Both the position numbers and the translations under genes were made by a program. Positions 14,843 to 23,183 of a stretch of 37,915 nt of DNA are shown here, piece by piece (position 1 is the first letter of the stretch; the number at the start of each line of letters is the position of its first letter). The stretch lies in the IMG/VR virus record IMGVR_UViG_3300009943_000002, positions 1 through 37,915 of that record. The stretch is one strand, 5' to 3'. The notes below the pieces were generated by a model. The model was not told the DNA's origin. It was given only the letters and a program-made list of their open reading frames with translations, and did not search any database. Source of the DNA: a virus.

Positions 14843-15280
14843 ATGGCTGAAAAATCTCCAGAATTTAGCGCAAGACTAAACGCCCTATTTAAAGAAAGGG
14901 GGCTAAATCCAAACAGGTTTGCCAATGTTCTGGGGATAAAGACGCAAAGTATCTATAACTATTTGAAAGAAGGACGAATTCCGGAAGCGCCCATTCTATA
15001 TAAAATTGCCCAAGCCCTGGGCGTCTCTATGGAATGGCTCTTAACTGGAAATGGCGAAGAAAAACAGGGGGATAGGACTGGCAGGCTTACCCGTTTCGAT
15101 GACTATCTTTTGCAAAAAGACCCGGCATACAAAAAGGCAAAGGACGACCTGTATCGTATCTTCGCCTCCAAGCGGCCCGATATAAAAAAGGTGGTGGCTA
15201 ATAACCTGGCGGTCTGCGCCGAGACCGTTGATGCTCATGAGAGACATCTACTTACGACAGGAACGGCGCCTGGAAAATAG
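14843..15280 (+). CDS. CI-like XRE-family repressor without a recognisable S24 peptidase domain
   Basis: 145 aa with an N-terminal HTH (FANVLGIKTQSIYNYLKEGRIP...ALGVSMEWLLTG). It is divergent from the cro-like gene. No SD precedes the ATG. Confidence 0.75.
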   Translation: MAEKSPEFSARLNALFKERGLNPNRFANVLGIKTQSIYNYLKEGRIPEAPILYKIAQALGVSMEWLLTGNGEEKQGDRTGRLTRFDDYLLQKDPAYKKAKDDLYRIFASKRPDIKKVVANNLAVCAETVDAHERHLLTTGTAPGK

Positions 15281-15281
15281 C

Positions 15282-15320
15282 TCGGGGCCGTGGCCATGTA
15301 TCACCGGCCACTGGCCCCGA
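15282..15320 (+). terminator. GC-rich hairpin after the cI-like gene (terminator/attenuator lacking a U-tract)
   Basis: GGGGCCGTGGCC (15284-15295) pairs with GGCCACTGGCCCC (15306-15318), with one bulge. It starts 2 nt after the TAG stop. Confidence 0.45.
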
Positions 15321-15371
15321 AGACGAGGAACGGGGGAAGGTAATCTATGTTAAATTTTGAATTATTTTAAA

Positions 15372-15400
15372 TTGACGGCCACAATGAAATGTTCTACATT
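15372..15400 (+). promoter_or_regulatory. Candidate int promoter TTGACG-17-TACATT
   Basis: TTGACG at 15372-15377 and TACATT at 15395-15400, 41 nt upstream of the int ATG. Confidence 0.5.
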
Positions 15401-15406
15401 GGAGTT

Positions 15407-15428
15407 CGCCGACTTCTCCCACCGCCCA
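15407..15428. repeat. 22-bp exact direct repeat, copy 2, in the int leader
   Basis: Identical to 14232-14253. It begins about 7 nt after the candidate -10 element and ends 4 nt before GGAG (15433-15436). Confidence 0.95.
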
Positions 15429-15441
15429 TCCTGGAGACAAG

Positions 15442-16506
15442 ATGGGCATTCTTTCCCCGCCACTAACCATGCGATGTAAGTGGTATCAGAAGGGGCCGAA
15501 TTCCTACCAGGTTTATCTGCACTGGAAGGGTAAGGCCTACTACCGATCCCATTACGACCATCGCCTCAAGCTGATCAACGAAGAGATGGCCCGCCGTCTG
15601 GCCGATGCCATCAACCAAGACATAGACCTGAAGGGTCCAGGGTTTGATCCGAGGCAATGGTTTGAGACCAAAGGGTTTCTATTCCAAGAGTATGCCAACA
15701 GGTGGCTGGCCGAAAACCAAGGCAGATACGCACCATCGGTGGTGAGAGATGTGGTTCGTATGGTGTCGTCTTTCGTCGCCTATTTCGGCGAAATGGACAT
15801 CAGGTCTATTAGGGCCGGCAACATCGCTGACTATCTCAAAACTCTATCCCACCTGTCGACCAAGACACAAAAGAACTACTTGATTCAGCTCCATAAGATT
15901 TTTTCCGATGCCCTAAAGCGGGAAGACATTGCCCGGATCCCAGGATTCCCGACCATCCACATCCCAGAGCCGGAAACCAGGTGGCTGTCCGAAGCGGAGC
16001 AGGATAGAGTATTCGAGCATATCCCGTATGAGCACCGCCCCATCTTTTGGTTTCTCCGAATCTATGCCTGCCGTCCAGCAGAGGCCAGGGCCCTAATGTG
16101 GGACATGGTGTCCTTTGAAAAAGGAATCGTTGTCGTCAAGCGGTCCTTCTCCGGGGGCCAATTAAGAGAGCACACCAAGGCCAGGGAGATTAGGTATCTG
16201 CCCATGATTGAGCCCATAACCTCCATCCTTAGAGAGATTAGAGGGATCAGCGGTTTTGTCTTCAGACAACCCAATGGTAGGCCCTATGGCGCTGATATGG
16301 GCAAGATCTGGAATAGGGCCTGTGATGCGGCCGGCGTCGAAAGGATATGCCTCTACCAGGGGACCAGGCACAGCCGTGCCACCCAACTGGCGAGAGATGG
16401 CAAGAGTCTAAGGGGAATACGAGACCTCCTCGGACATGCCAGCCAAAGAACCACAGATCGCTACGAGAAAGCCGCCGCCGAAGGGATCAGAAAACTGCTG
16501 GAATGA
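15442..16506 (+). CDS. int: Tyrosine integrase
   Basis: 354 aa. It has RPAEARAL (catalytic Arg), TRHSRATQLA and LLGHASQRTTDRYEK (His-x-x-Arg and the nucleophile Tyr). It lies adjacent to attP. Confidence 0.9.
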   Translation: MGILSPPLTMRCKWYQKGPNSYQVYLHWKGKAYYRSHYDHRLKLINEEMARRLADAINQDIDLKGPGFDPRQWFETKGFLFQEYANRWLAENQGRYAPSVVRDVVRMVSSFVAYFGEMDIRSIRAGNIADYLKTLSHLSTKTQKNYLIQLHKIFSDALKREDIARIPGFPTIHIPEPETRWLSEAEQDRVFEHIPYEHRPIFWFLRIYACRPAEARALMWDMVSFEKGIVVVKRSFSGGQLREHTKAREIRYLPMIEPITSILREIRGISGFVFRQPNGRPYGADMGKIWNRACDAAGVERICLYQGTRHSRATQLARDGKSLRGIRDLLGHASQRTTDRYEKAAAEGIRKLLE

Positions 16507-16508
16507 GA

Positions 16509-16528
16509 AACCTTGCAGAACCTTGCCG
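16509..16528. repeat. Two ACCTTGC repeats, putative integrase arm-type sites (P arm)
   Basis: AACCTTGCAG at 16509-16518 and AACCTTGCCG at 16519-16528. Confidence 0.55.
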
Positions 16529-16565
16529 CCCCACCCATATCTAACCGATAATATTACATAACATT

Positions 16566-16592
16566 CGGGTTCGAACCCCGTTGGGACCACCA
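16566..16592 (+). other. attP core: 3' end of a tRNA (T-arm, acceptor strand and CCA)
   Basis: CGGGTTCGAACCCCGTTGGGACCACCA contains a T-loop TTCGAAC flanked by CGGG/CCCG, then the acceptor 3' strand TGGGACC, discriminator A and CCA. No D-arm or anticodon arm lies upstream. It is 60 nt downstream of int. Confidence 0.7.
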
Positions 16593-16630
16593 GATTTTCA
16601 TAATATTTCCAATATATTACCAACTTGATG

Positions 16631-16672
16631 GACCTTGCGAAACCTTGCGGGAGATTGTCGGCAACCTTGCAG
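16631..16672. repeat. Three ACCTTGC repeats, putative integrase arm-type sites (P' arm)
   Basis: GACCTTGCG at 16631, AACCTTGCG at 16641 and AACCTTGCAG at 16663. All have the same orientation as the P-arm copies. Confidence 0.55.
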
Positions 16673-16802
16673 TATTTACAAGCTGTGGGCAGGTGTGATA
16701 TAAGACGGGTCTGGAACGGTCATCGCCCGTTGTGATCGTTCGACCCCTGATCAGAAGGGTACTGAGACGGGAAGGGGGTAGGCCCCGGAAACCCTGTTAG
16801 AA

Positions 16803-16830
16803 GGGCGGGGATTCTACCCCCCTTTTTATT
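16803..16830. terminator. Rho-independent terminator between convergent int and moron genes
   Basis: GGGCGGGG (16803-16810), loop attcta, CCCCCC (16817-16822), then TTTTTATT. An A-tract on the other side allows bidirectional function. Confidence 0.65.
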
Positions 16831-16838
16831 CGATAGGA

Positions 16839-17111
16839 CTACCAGATTTGACCTCTCCTCTGAGTTCCTCCTCCAAAGCTGTTATAGGGATCGCCCGGAG
16901 TGATGATTCCCTTGTTGGGGTTGTAATTTCCGGGATAATTGTAATTATCGGTCCGGGTCCCGTTAGGATAGGTCCTCTGATAGGGCTGGACCCAGGTATC
17001 CTTTACCCCATCCCGGTCGGTGTCCCGCCAGTATCCATGCACCCAGGCCCCGAAAGACACCGATGCAAAAACCAAGACCATTGCCAAGGCCAAAAATACG
17101 ATTTTTTTCAT
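16839..17111 (-). CDS. Small secreted protein (90 aa) with a DxDxDGxxD calcium-binding-like motif; a moron next to attP
   Basis: ATG 17111 follows GGGGAGGTG. It has a signal peptide (MKKIVFLALAMVLVFASVSFG-AW), a DTDRDGVKD motif, and a PNGTRTDNYNYPGNYNPNKG motif that I recall from small secreted bacterial proteins. Confidence 0.65.
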   Translation of the reverse strand: MKKIVFLALAMVLVFASVSFGAWVHGYWRDTDRDGVKDTWVQPYQRTYPNGTRTDNYNYPGNYNPNKGIITPGDPYNSFGGGTQRRGQIW

Positions 17112-17147
17112 AGGCACCTCCCCAAAAAATAATTTTACACCATGTTT

Positions 17148-17176
17148 ATTTTACGGAGGTAACCTGCCAATGTCAA
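17148..17176 (-). promoter_or_regulatory. Near-consensus sigma70 promoter TTGACA-17-TAAAAT for the secreted-protein moron
   Basis: On the minus strand, TTGACA lies at 17176-17171 and TAAAAT at 17153-17148. Confidence 0.6.
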
Positions 17177-17183
17177 CAAATTT

Positions 17184-17510
17184 TTATTGGTTATCCAGGC
17201 CAAGAATTTCTTCAATTTTTTTGACACGAACAAGAATGTCCTTGACGTTGAGACGGTCTTCCTGCCCAGCCTGTTCTGCTCTTAGGGCCGCCAATTCAAG
17301 CCTGGCCCGCTCCTCTTTCTCTTTTTGAGCCGCAACCTTCTGTTCTTCTGCGGTTCTGAATGCTTCATACTCGGCAGTCCATTGATCTAATTGTGCCTGG
17401 GTCGGTATTGGTCCAAGGACTTGCGGCCATTCAGTTATCTGATCGCCAACTGTGCGTATTCCCGGAGCTTTTTCAAATTTCCAAGCCAAGATTTCAGCGA
17501 TATTATGCAT
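17184..17510 (-). CDS. Hypothetical protein downstream of the tail fibre (possible fibre chaperone)
   Basis: 108 aa with an AAGGAGGG SD and a C-terminal coiled coil. Position is the only functional clue. Confidence 0.5.
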   Translation of the reverse strand: MHNIAEILAWKFEKAPGIRTVGDQITEWPQVLGPIPTQAQLDQWTAEYEAFRTAEEQKVAAQKEKEERARLELAALRAEQAGQEDRLNVKDILVRVKKIEEILGLDNQ

Positions 17511-17519
17511 GGTCCCTCC

Positions 17520-18662
17520 TTACGGTACATACTCAATGATGGTCATGGTTGAAGCAGATACTCCACCGAATGCCCGTGATGTAGGATTAGTTCCGCTGCC
17601 CTGGACATTCAGATAGACGGTCCCGGCGCTGTTTTGTCCAAATCGCACCTTGAAGGTAGTAGAGGAGGTCGTCCCGGCTGTCATTTTGTGAACAAGAGTA
17701 ACCGGAGATATATTGCTCTGTCCAACCGGAATGGCCGCCAAGCTATTGGATGTTGAGTCCTGAAATAAGGCCACACCGCCACCAGAGTCCGGCAATCTTA
17801 CTCCGGAAAAATTGACAATGATCAGCAGTATATTTGACGCCGATTTAGGGGTGATGGAGAGAGTCACGGCCTCCACCCCCTCCGATTGCTGTGGGATAGT
17901 ATCATCCAGCGGTAATGTGGTCGTCCCTGATACTACAGACGATATGGAAGTATGGGCTATCTGCACCACTCCGGAGGTGGTTATGCCGAGCGTTGTCCTG
18001 GCGGCCGCCGCATCGGTATCGTCCAAGAGGGTTTGAGCGAAACTCGATATGGTCGTATTGGCCGGCAGCGATAATGTGGCTAAGTCCTCGTCGAGACCCA
18101 GAATAGAGAGAGCATCAGTAGCATTGGAAGAACTTACCAACTCAGCGCCGAACTCGGATACCAAGGTCTCGCCGATAGAGGTTTTGTTCTCGAGACCAGA
18201 ACCATCAGATTTCCAGCCGATTACGGCATCTGCCTGGGGTTCGGGCATCTCCTGCGACGCCCCACCGGAATATGATATTGGATAGGTGAAAGACCTATCG
18301 GTTATCTCTTTAATCTGCTGGACCATCATGGTCAATTTGTCCAGGGCATCCTCATGGGCCTCCGCCGGGAATGGATCATTGGGCGGATAATCTGTCTCCT
18401 GAAGGAAGTCCAGCGATCTCACGATCACCAAGGTTTCTCCGGTCGCTGGAGCAGTAACCATCTCCACATTTCCACCACTATCATCACCAGCCCCACTCAC
18501 CGTATAATCCGTATTGAGCACCTGAGTAGTTTCGGTTCCATTCGTATCCCGCAAGATCACGAGTAGGTCAGAATCATTGAAAATCTTGAAGGTATACGGA
18601 AACGTTGTAGTGGTCCCGTTGCCAGAATAGGATACTTTGTTTGTAGAAGATGATACGGTCAT
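17520..18662 (-). CDS. Tail fibre protein
   Basis: 380 aa. The N-terminus (YSGNGTTTTFPYTFKIFNDSDLLV...DYTV...G..L.I.R...Q..DY) is the conserved podovirus fibre anchor domain. It follows the gp16-like gene with an ATGA overlap. Confidence 0.75.
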   Translation of the reverse strand: MTVSSSTNKVSYSGNGTTTTFPYTFKIFNDSDLLVILRDTNGTETTQVLNTDYTVSGAGDDSGGNVEMVTAPATGETLVIVRSLDFLQETDYPPNDPFPAEAHEDALDKLTMMVQQIKEITDRSFTYPISYSGGASQEMPEPQADAVIGWKSDGSGLENKTSIGETLVSEFGAELVSSSNATDALSILGLDEDLATLSLPANTTISSFAQTLLDDTDAAAARTTLGITTSGVVQIAHTSISSVVSGTTTLPLDDTIPQQSEGVEAVTLSITPKSASNILLIIVNFSGVRLPDSGGGVALFQDSTSNSLAAIPVGQSNISPVTLVHKMTAGTTSSTTFKVRFGQNSAGTVYLNVQGSGTNPTSRAFGGVSASTMTIIEYVP

Positions 18663-21600
18663 TTTCCCCTCCCCTTCTTGGGCGGCCTAAAAAATAGATC
18701 TGCCGGACTCGTGTCTTTTCCCTCCCATAGATCCAAGAGGGCCTTCATAGTGATTACAGCCTGGGCCGTGGGCAGGCCAAAGGCATAACCGGTCAACATC
18801 AATGAATGCTTGATGATGTTCCAGGCCTTTGGATCCTTGGCCGTAATGGCCTTTTGCAAATCATGTAATTCATAGAATATGCCGAAGGCAGCGCTGGGCT
18901 TGGGATCGTAATCGGTCAGAATGGCATTGACCGCATCCCGCAAGAGCGGGAACCCGCTGGCCAAATACTGCGCAATGTTTGTCGCATATTCCTTGGGACC
19001 AATGAACCTTTGCTGTCTAAAGGACTCTTCGAGATAGCTGGGTACCAGGACCAGCCAAGTAAAAGCCCGAAACAACCCAAAGACGCCTATGTTCCCCAAT
19101 TGAAAGTCATACCATCGTTCAACCAGTCTATTGACGAAGGCGTTGAAAAATGTCTGGAACATAGTGAAGATGGACATGGGGCCTTCCTTGCCCACCTGAA
19201 GCAACTTGGGCAAATCCTTTGTTGCTCCTGATCCTTGGGTCAACCTCACCACCTGATCGGCATACTCAATGGCCCTTCCTTCACTCCCTCTGAATTTGTT
19301 CAGGCCCTGGAAATAGGCGGTTAACCAAGTGGGATATGTTACAGAGGCATCCATAGTGTTCATGAGGAAGAAGAAGGATTTCTGCATCAGCTCTTTGTAG
19401 CCGTCCCCTTGAGGATTGAACTGTTTCGAGAATTGGGCAATCTCCCGATCCAAGGTTTCTTGGCTATATCGGGTAGCTATCATTGTCGATCGTGCCTTTA
19501 CGAATTCAACCCAGTAGACTGGATGGGCATAGAATGTTTTCAGACCGCCCATAAACGGGACGAGACCAAGCATATCGATTGCCTGCGTTGCAGCAAGAGG
19601 TTGAACGGCGGCAGTGATAAACTTCCAGCCCATGATCACAATACTGGCCTTCTTCCTGAGAGAACCGAACATGCGCTCCCAGGTGGTGATGGGCTGTAAC
19701 CTGGGTCTGGCGATGGCCTGTAGCCAAGGTCCGAACTGCTTATAGGCTTCAGGCCACAACGCCTGTTCGATAGCTGCCCGCAGGTCAGGATTATAGATGA
19801 GCTTTTGGATGTCTCGGATTTCTTTCGCATGTGTCACGAAATGAATCACATCGTTGATATGCTTGGTGATGACGGAGAAATCCAGCAGCGGAAACATCTT
19901 TCCGCCCTTGCGCTCAATCGTAAACCCTTTTTCTGGGGCTGGCCTGGCATAATAATTGGCGAACATATCCTTTTCGGCCATGGCCAACATGTACTGTTCC
20001 GCTCTCTTACTCTGCTTGGGGTCGAACACTAATGGAAAATACATTCCCTCTACTTCGCCATAGGGTGTCTGGACCGTAATGCCTTCAACCTTTTTGAGCG
20101 GCACTCCGGTCATTTCCCTGTGGACCTCATTGAGCGGTTCATACAGTTCATTGACCAGGGCCCATATATCCTTGACCAGCTCCCATTCCTGCTTGCTTAA
20201 TTTGTCGGTAATGGCCTGGATGGTATCATCGGTCCATTTCATATCCGGGTCCGGCCCCGACCCCTCTTTCAATGCCAATCGGTTGCCGGGGTTGCCACTA
20301 TTTAGGGCCACCATGATCATCTGCATCTTGGTCAGATATTTTTCCGGAAGGCCCTCTATGGCTATTTTTTTATCCAGCCAGGTCCTACGCTTTTCGGCCG
20401 GTATCTTCTCGAATATCGCCTGAAGGCGCTTCATGAAATCCTGGCCCATCTTGATTTCTTTGTCTTCGGCGGCCTTGATTTTACCGAAGATGTTCTCATA
20501 AACTGGACCAAACGGTTTCAGTCCGTCGAGCATTCGAACAATAACTTCGGGCTTGATCAGTTCGGTGGCCCCTTCCCTGCTCAATTCCAGCATCTTTTTG
20601 ATGGTGTTCTTGGCCTCTTCGAACTCCAGATGACCGGATGGAGGTTTCATCTTCGGCCCATATATGGCACTGACCCCCACTACCATATCTTCCACGGCCT
20701 CTTGGATGTCCCTCTTTTTTTGCTCGGCCAAAAATTTGCTCCGATTCCGGCCCAAATATTCAAGCTGCCGGGCGGCACTATATAGGTCCATCAGCTCATC
20801 GTAGGTGTGCCCCAGAACATCGCCCCTGTAATTGCGATCCAGAATGTCGTCACTGATGTCTACCAACTCGCCTTCGGACCGTAAAGACTCTACAAATTGA
20901 CGCAGGCTCGGCATTCCCTCGCGAGGGAAATCTTGCCGTGCAATAATGCCGTGGTCGGCCAGGAGATCCAAAATCTGACTCTTGAAATCCCAATCGATGG
21001 TTTTGGATTTGGCCACCCTATCAAAATATTTCCTCGCCTTTTCGATTTCTCGCTGTGCCCTGTATTGCTCCTTCAGTCGAATGATAATTTCTCTTTTTCG
21101 TTGTAACTGTCTTAAGGCTTCCTCTAATTTGGCCGATCGCGAAAGGTCTTTAATGTCTTTGGCGGTTAGGGCCTCCCGCGCAGTTCGGGTAGCCTTCTCG
21201 ATGCCCGCCTTTAGGACATCATCGGAAACAAGCAGTTCAGAGACCCTGGCTCTTTCTATTTCGTTCCTGGTTCGCCTGATTAGGTCTTTCGTCTTGGTGA
21301 TCTTGATATTTTTCTTCAACATCTGTTTGGATAACAGCTCGACTTCAGTCTCCAGCATAGACAGATATTCATCGGTAATGGCCGATTCTTCTATTTTATG
21401 CTCCGCATCAAATTCTTGCGTCTTTTCCTGGACATATCGCCTGACGAATTCCTCCTTGGGTTCGGCCTGCATGAGCAGATCAACCAATTGCTCGGTGGAT
21501 ATATCGCCATGACCAAACGCCACCATAGTATGAGACAATTTACCGTTTTCCTGGACCAGTCCAGGGTGGCGCTGGGATAAAGCATTCACCGTGGCTTCAT

Positions 21601-23182
21601 CAAACTCCGCCAAAAGACTTTGGCGATTGAGGCCGCCGTTGTCAATGATCCATTGCACCGGGGCGTGACCACCGTCTTCCTTCCATAATTTTTCGGCCTC
21701 TTTCTGCCATTCCGATTTCGCTTGGTCCAACTCGGTGACTCTACGTTTCTCTATGGCCTCGCTTGTGGCCTGGGCGGCCTTCTCGACGGCATCGTTGTAT
21801 TTCTGCCATACCTCCAGATCTATGCCCTCCGGCGGCGATTCCTTGGGCCACAAAGGTTGTATCTTCAGTAAGGGCTCCTCTGCGGGTTGAACTGCTTGAG
21901 TGGATTCAGCGGTCCCTGCTTCTCCCTTGATTTGGCCAGGGCTCTCCGTGGCCTGGAGAATATTAGTCTGTTCTAAGGGAGGGGAGGAAGGGGTTTCTGG
22001 TTCCGGCGGAAAGGAGGAAACACCGGGTTGAACTCCAGGAACCCCTTCCTCTGTCGGGGAGGGCAGAAGGCCGGATGGTCTGGGCCGGCCGGCAGGAGGA
22101 GATTGACGAATTGATCTAACCTCTTCGTGGGGCGACAGAGAAAATATCTTGGTTTTGTTCAAATCCTCCTTCAGCCGTCTGAACCAGGGCTTGTCTTTGA
22201 TGGTGATAATCTTCTCTGCCGGCACTTCAATATCAATGCCCATGCGCAGGGCCTGCCGCCATTGTTCCCCATTGAGATCGAGGTCTTTGATCATATCAGT
22301 TTCCGGGTCTTCAGCACCCAACTGGAGGGCCCGGACTCGTTCAGGAGAAACATAGATTTTCTTCGGCATTTGATACTCGGTGATAACATCGCGAAATAGA
22401 TTTTCGACGATGGCATCACGCACCTCCGGCATCAGCCGGTTCCAGCCCTTGATCAAACCACCGGTAGCCAAAGCCGAGCCGAAAAATTCGGCCATATTGA
22501 CCAGGGCCTTCAAGGACTCACTGGCATCCGGCGGCAAAAAGGCCTCTGAAGTCTCCATGCCGTAATGATATTTTTTGCCGGTGGCCAAGGCCCCGACCGC
22601 CTTGGTCCCTTCCGATATTCCCGTAAAGGCTCCCACGGCGGCCGCAGTTGTTAGAGGGGCGGTAATTAAGCCGGCACCAATCAATGCCGGAAATGCCAAC
22701 TTAGCCAACCCATCGGCTAACTCATAGGCGCGGGTTACCGGGCCCGATTGCTCCCGTCCCGGCCCCGAAAAGTTCATTCCCGTTATCTCGGGATCCCGCA
22801 TGATTTTGTCATAATGCTGATAGACCAACGACGGCGGAACATTCAGCTTATTGGCAATGGCTACTGAATTCATCGATTTGGCCTGGACCACTCCCGGATC
22901 ATCATCCAAAAACAGATGTTTAATCCCCGTCCATGTGGTGGCCGGGTTGCTTAGGATAGACAACTTATCCCATAGACCTAATTCCTCCCACTTCGGCGGA
23001 CCACTATATGCGCTGATCATCTGCTGCTTGCCGGAGGGTTGGACTCCGGATCCGGCATCTGGTATCATAGACAGGTCGAGCTTGGATTTCTTTGCCGCTA
23101 CAGACTGCGGCTTAAGGACGGCCCCGCCCTGTTGGGCTTCAGGCTGTTCGGCATCCGGTATCATCGAAAGATCTAATGGCAT
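18659..23182 (-). CDS. Large internal virion / ejection protein (T7 gp16-like by size and position)
   Basis: 1507 aa and the last of three consecutive internal-protein-like genes. It has a Pro-rich linker and long helical regions. I recognise no transglycosylase motif. Confidence 0.65.
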   Translation of the reverse strand: MPLDLSMIPDAEQPEAQQGGAVLKPQSVAAKKSKLDLSMIPDAGSGVQPSGKQQMISAYSGPPKWEELGLWDKLSILSNPATTWTGIKHLFLDDDPGVVQAKSMNSVAIANKLNVPPSLVYQHYDKIMRDPEITGMNFSGPGREQSGPVTRAYELADGLAKLAFPALIGAGLITAPLTTAAAVGAFTGISEGTKAVGALATGKKYHYGMETSEAFLPPDASESLKALVNMAEFFGSALATGGLIKGWNRLMPEVRDAIVENLFRDVITEYQMPKKIYVSPERVRALQLGAEDPETDMIKDLDLNGEQWRQALRMGIDIEVPAEKIITIKDKPWFRRLKEDLNKTKIFSLSPHEEVRSIRQSPPAGRPRPSGLLPSPTEEGVPGVQPGVSSFPPEPETPSSPPLEQTNILQATESPGQIKGEAGTAESTQAVQPAEEPLLKIQPLWPKESPPEGIDLEVWQKYNDAVEKAAQATSEAIEKRRVTELDQAKSEWQKEAEKLWKEDGGHAPVQWIIDNGGLNRQSLLAEFDEATVNALSQRHPGLVQENGKLSHTMVAFGHGDISTEQLVDLLMQAEPKEEFVRRYVQEKTQEFDAEHKIEESAITDEYLSMLETEVELLSKQMLKKNIKITKTKDLIRRTRNEIERARVSELLVSDDVLKAGIEKATRTAREALTAKDIKDLSRSAKLEEALRQLQRKREIIIRLKEQYRAQREIEKARKYFDRVAKSKTIDWDFKSQILDLLADHGIIARQDFPREGMPSLRQFVESLRSEGELVDISDDILDRNYRGDVLGHTYDELMDLYSAARQLEYLGRNRSKFLAEQKKRDIQEAVEDMVVGVSAIYGPKMKPPSGHLEFEEAKNTIKKMLELSREGATELIKPEVIVRMLDGLKPFGPVYENIFGKIKAAEDKEIKMGQDFMKRLQAIFEKIPAEKRRTWLDKKIAIEGLPEKYLTKMQMIMVALNSGNPGNRLALKEGSGPDPDMKWTDDTIQAITDKLSKQEWELVKDIWALVNELYEPLNEVHREMTGVPLKKVEGITVQTPYGEVEGMYFPLVFDPKQSKRAEQYMLAMAEKDMFANYYARPAPEKGFTIERKGGKMFPLLDFSVITKHINDVIHFVTHAKEIRDIQKLIYNPDLRAAIEQALWPEAYKQFGPWLQAIARPRLQPITTWERMFGSLRKKASIVIMGWKFITAAVQPLAATQAIDMLGLVPFMGGLKTFYAHPVYWVEFVKARSTMIATRYSQETLDREIAQFSKQFNPQGDGYKELMQKSFFFLMNTMDASVTYPTWLTAYFQGLNKFRGSEGRAIEYADQVVRLTQGSGATKDLPKLLQVGKEGPMSIFTMFQTFFNAFVNRLVERWYDFQLGNIGVFGLFRAFTWLVLVPSYLEESFRQQRFIGPKEYATNIAQYLASGFPLLRDAVNAILTDYDPKPSAAFGIFYELHDLQKAITAKDPKAWNIIKHSLMLTGYAFGLPTAQAVITMKALLDLWEGKDTSPADLFFRPPKKGRGK

Positions 23183-23183
23183 C

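Noticed and set aside
16561-16592. A complete tRNA gene.
   Set aside because: Only the T-arm 3' part, acceptor 3' strand and CCA are present. The upstream sequence (ccgataatattacataacatt) cannot form D or anticodon arms. I interpret it as an attP core fragment.
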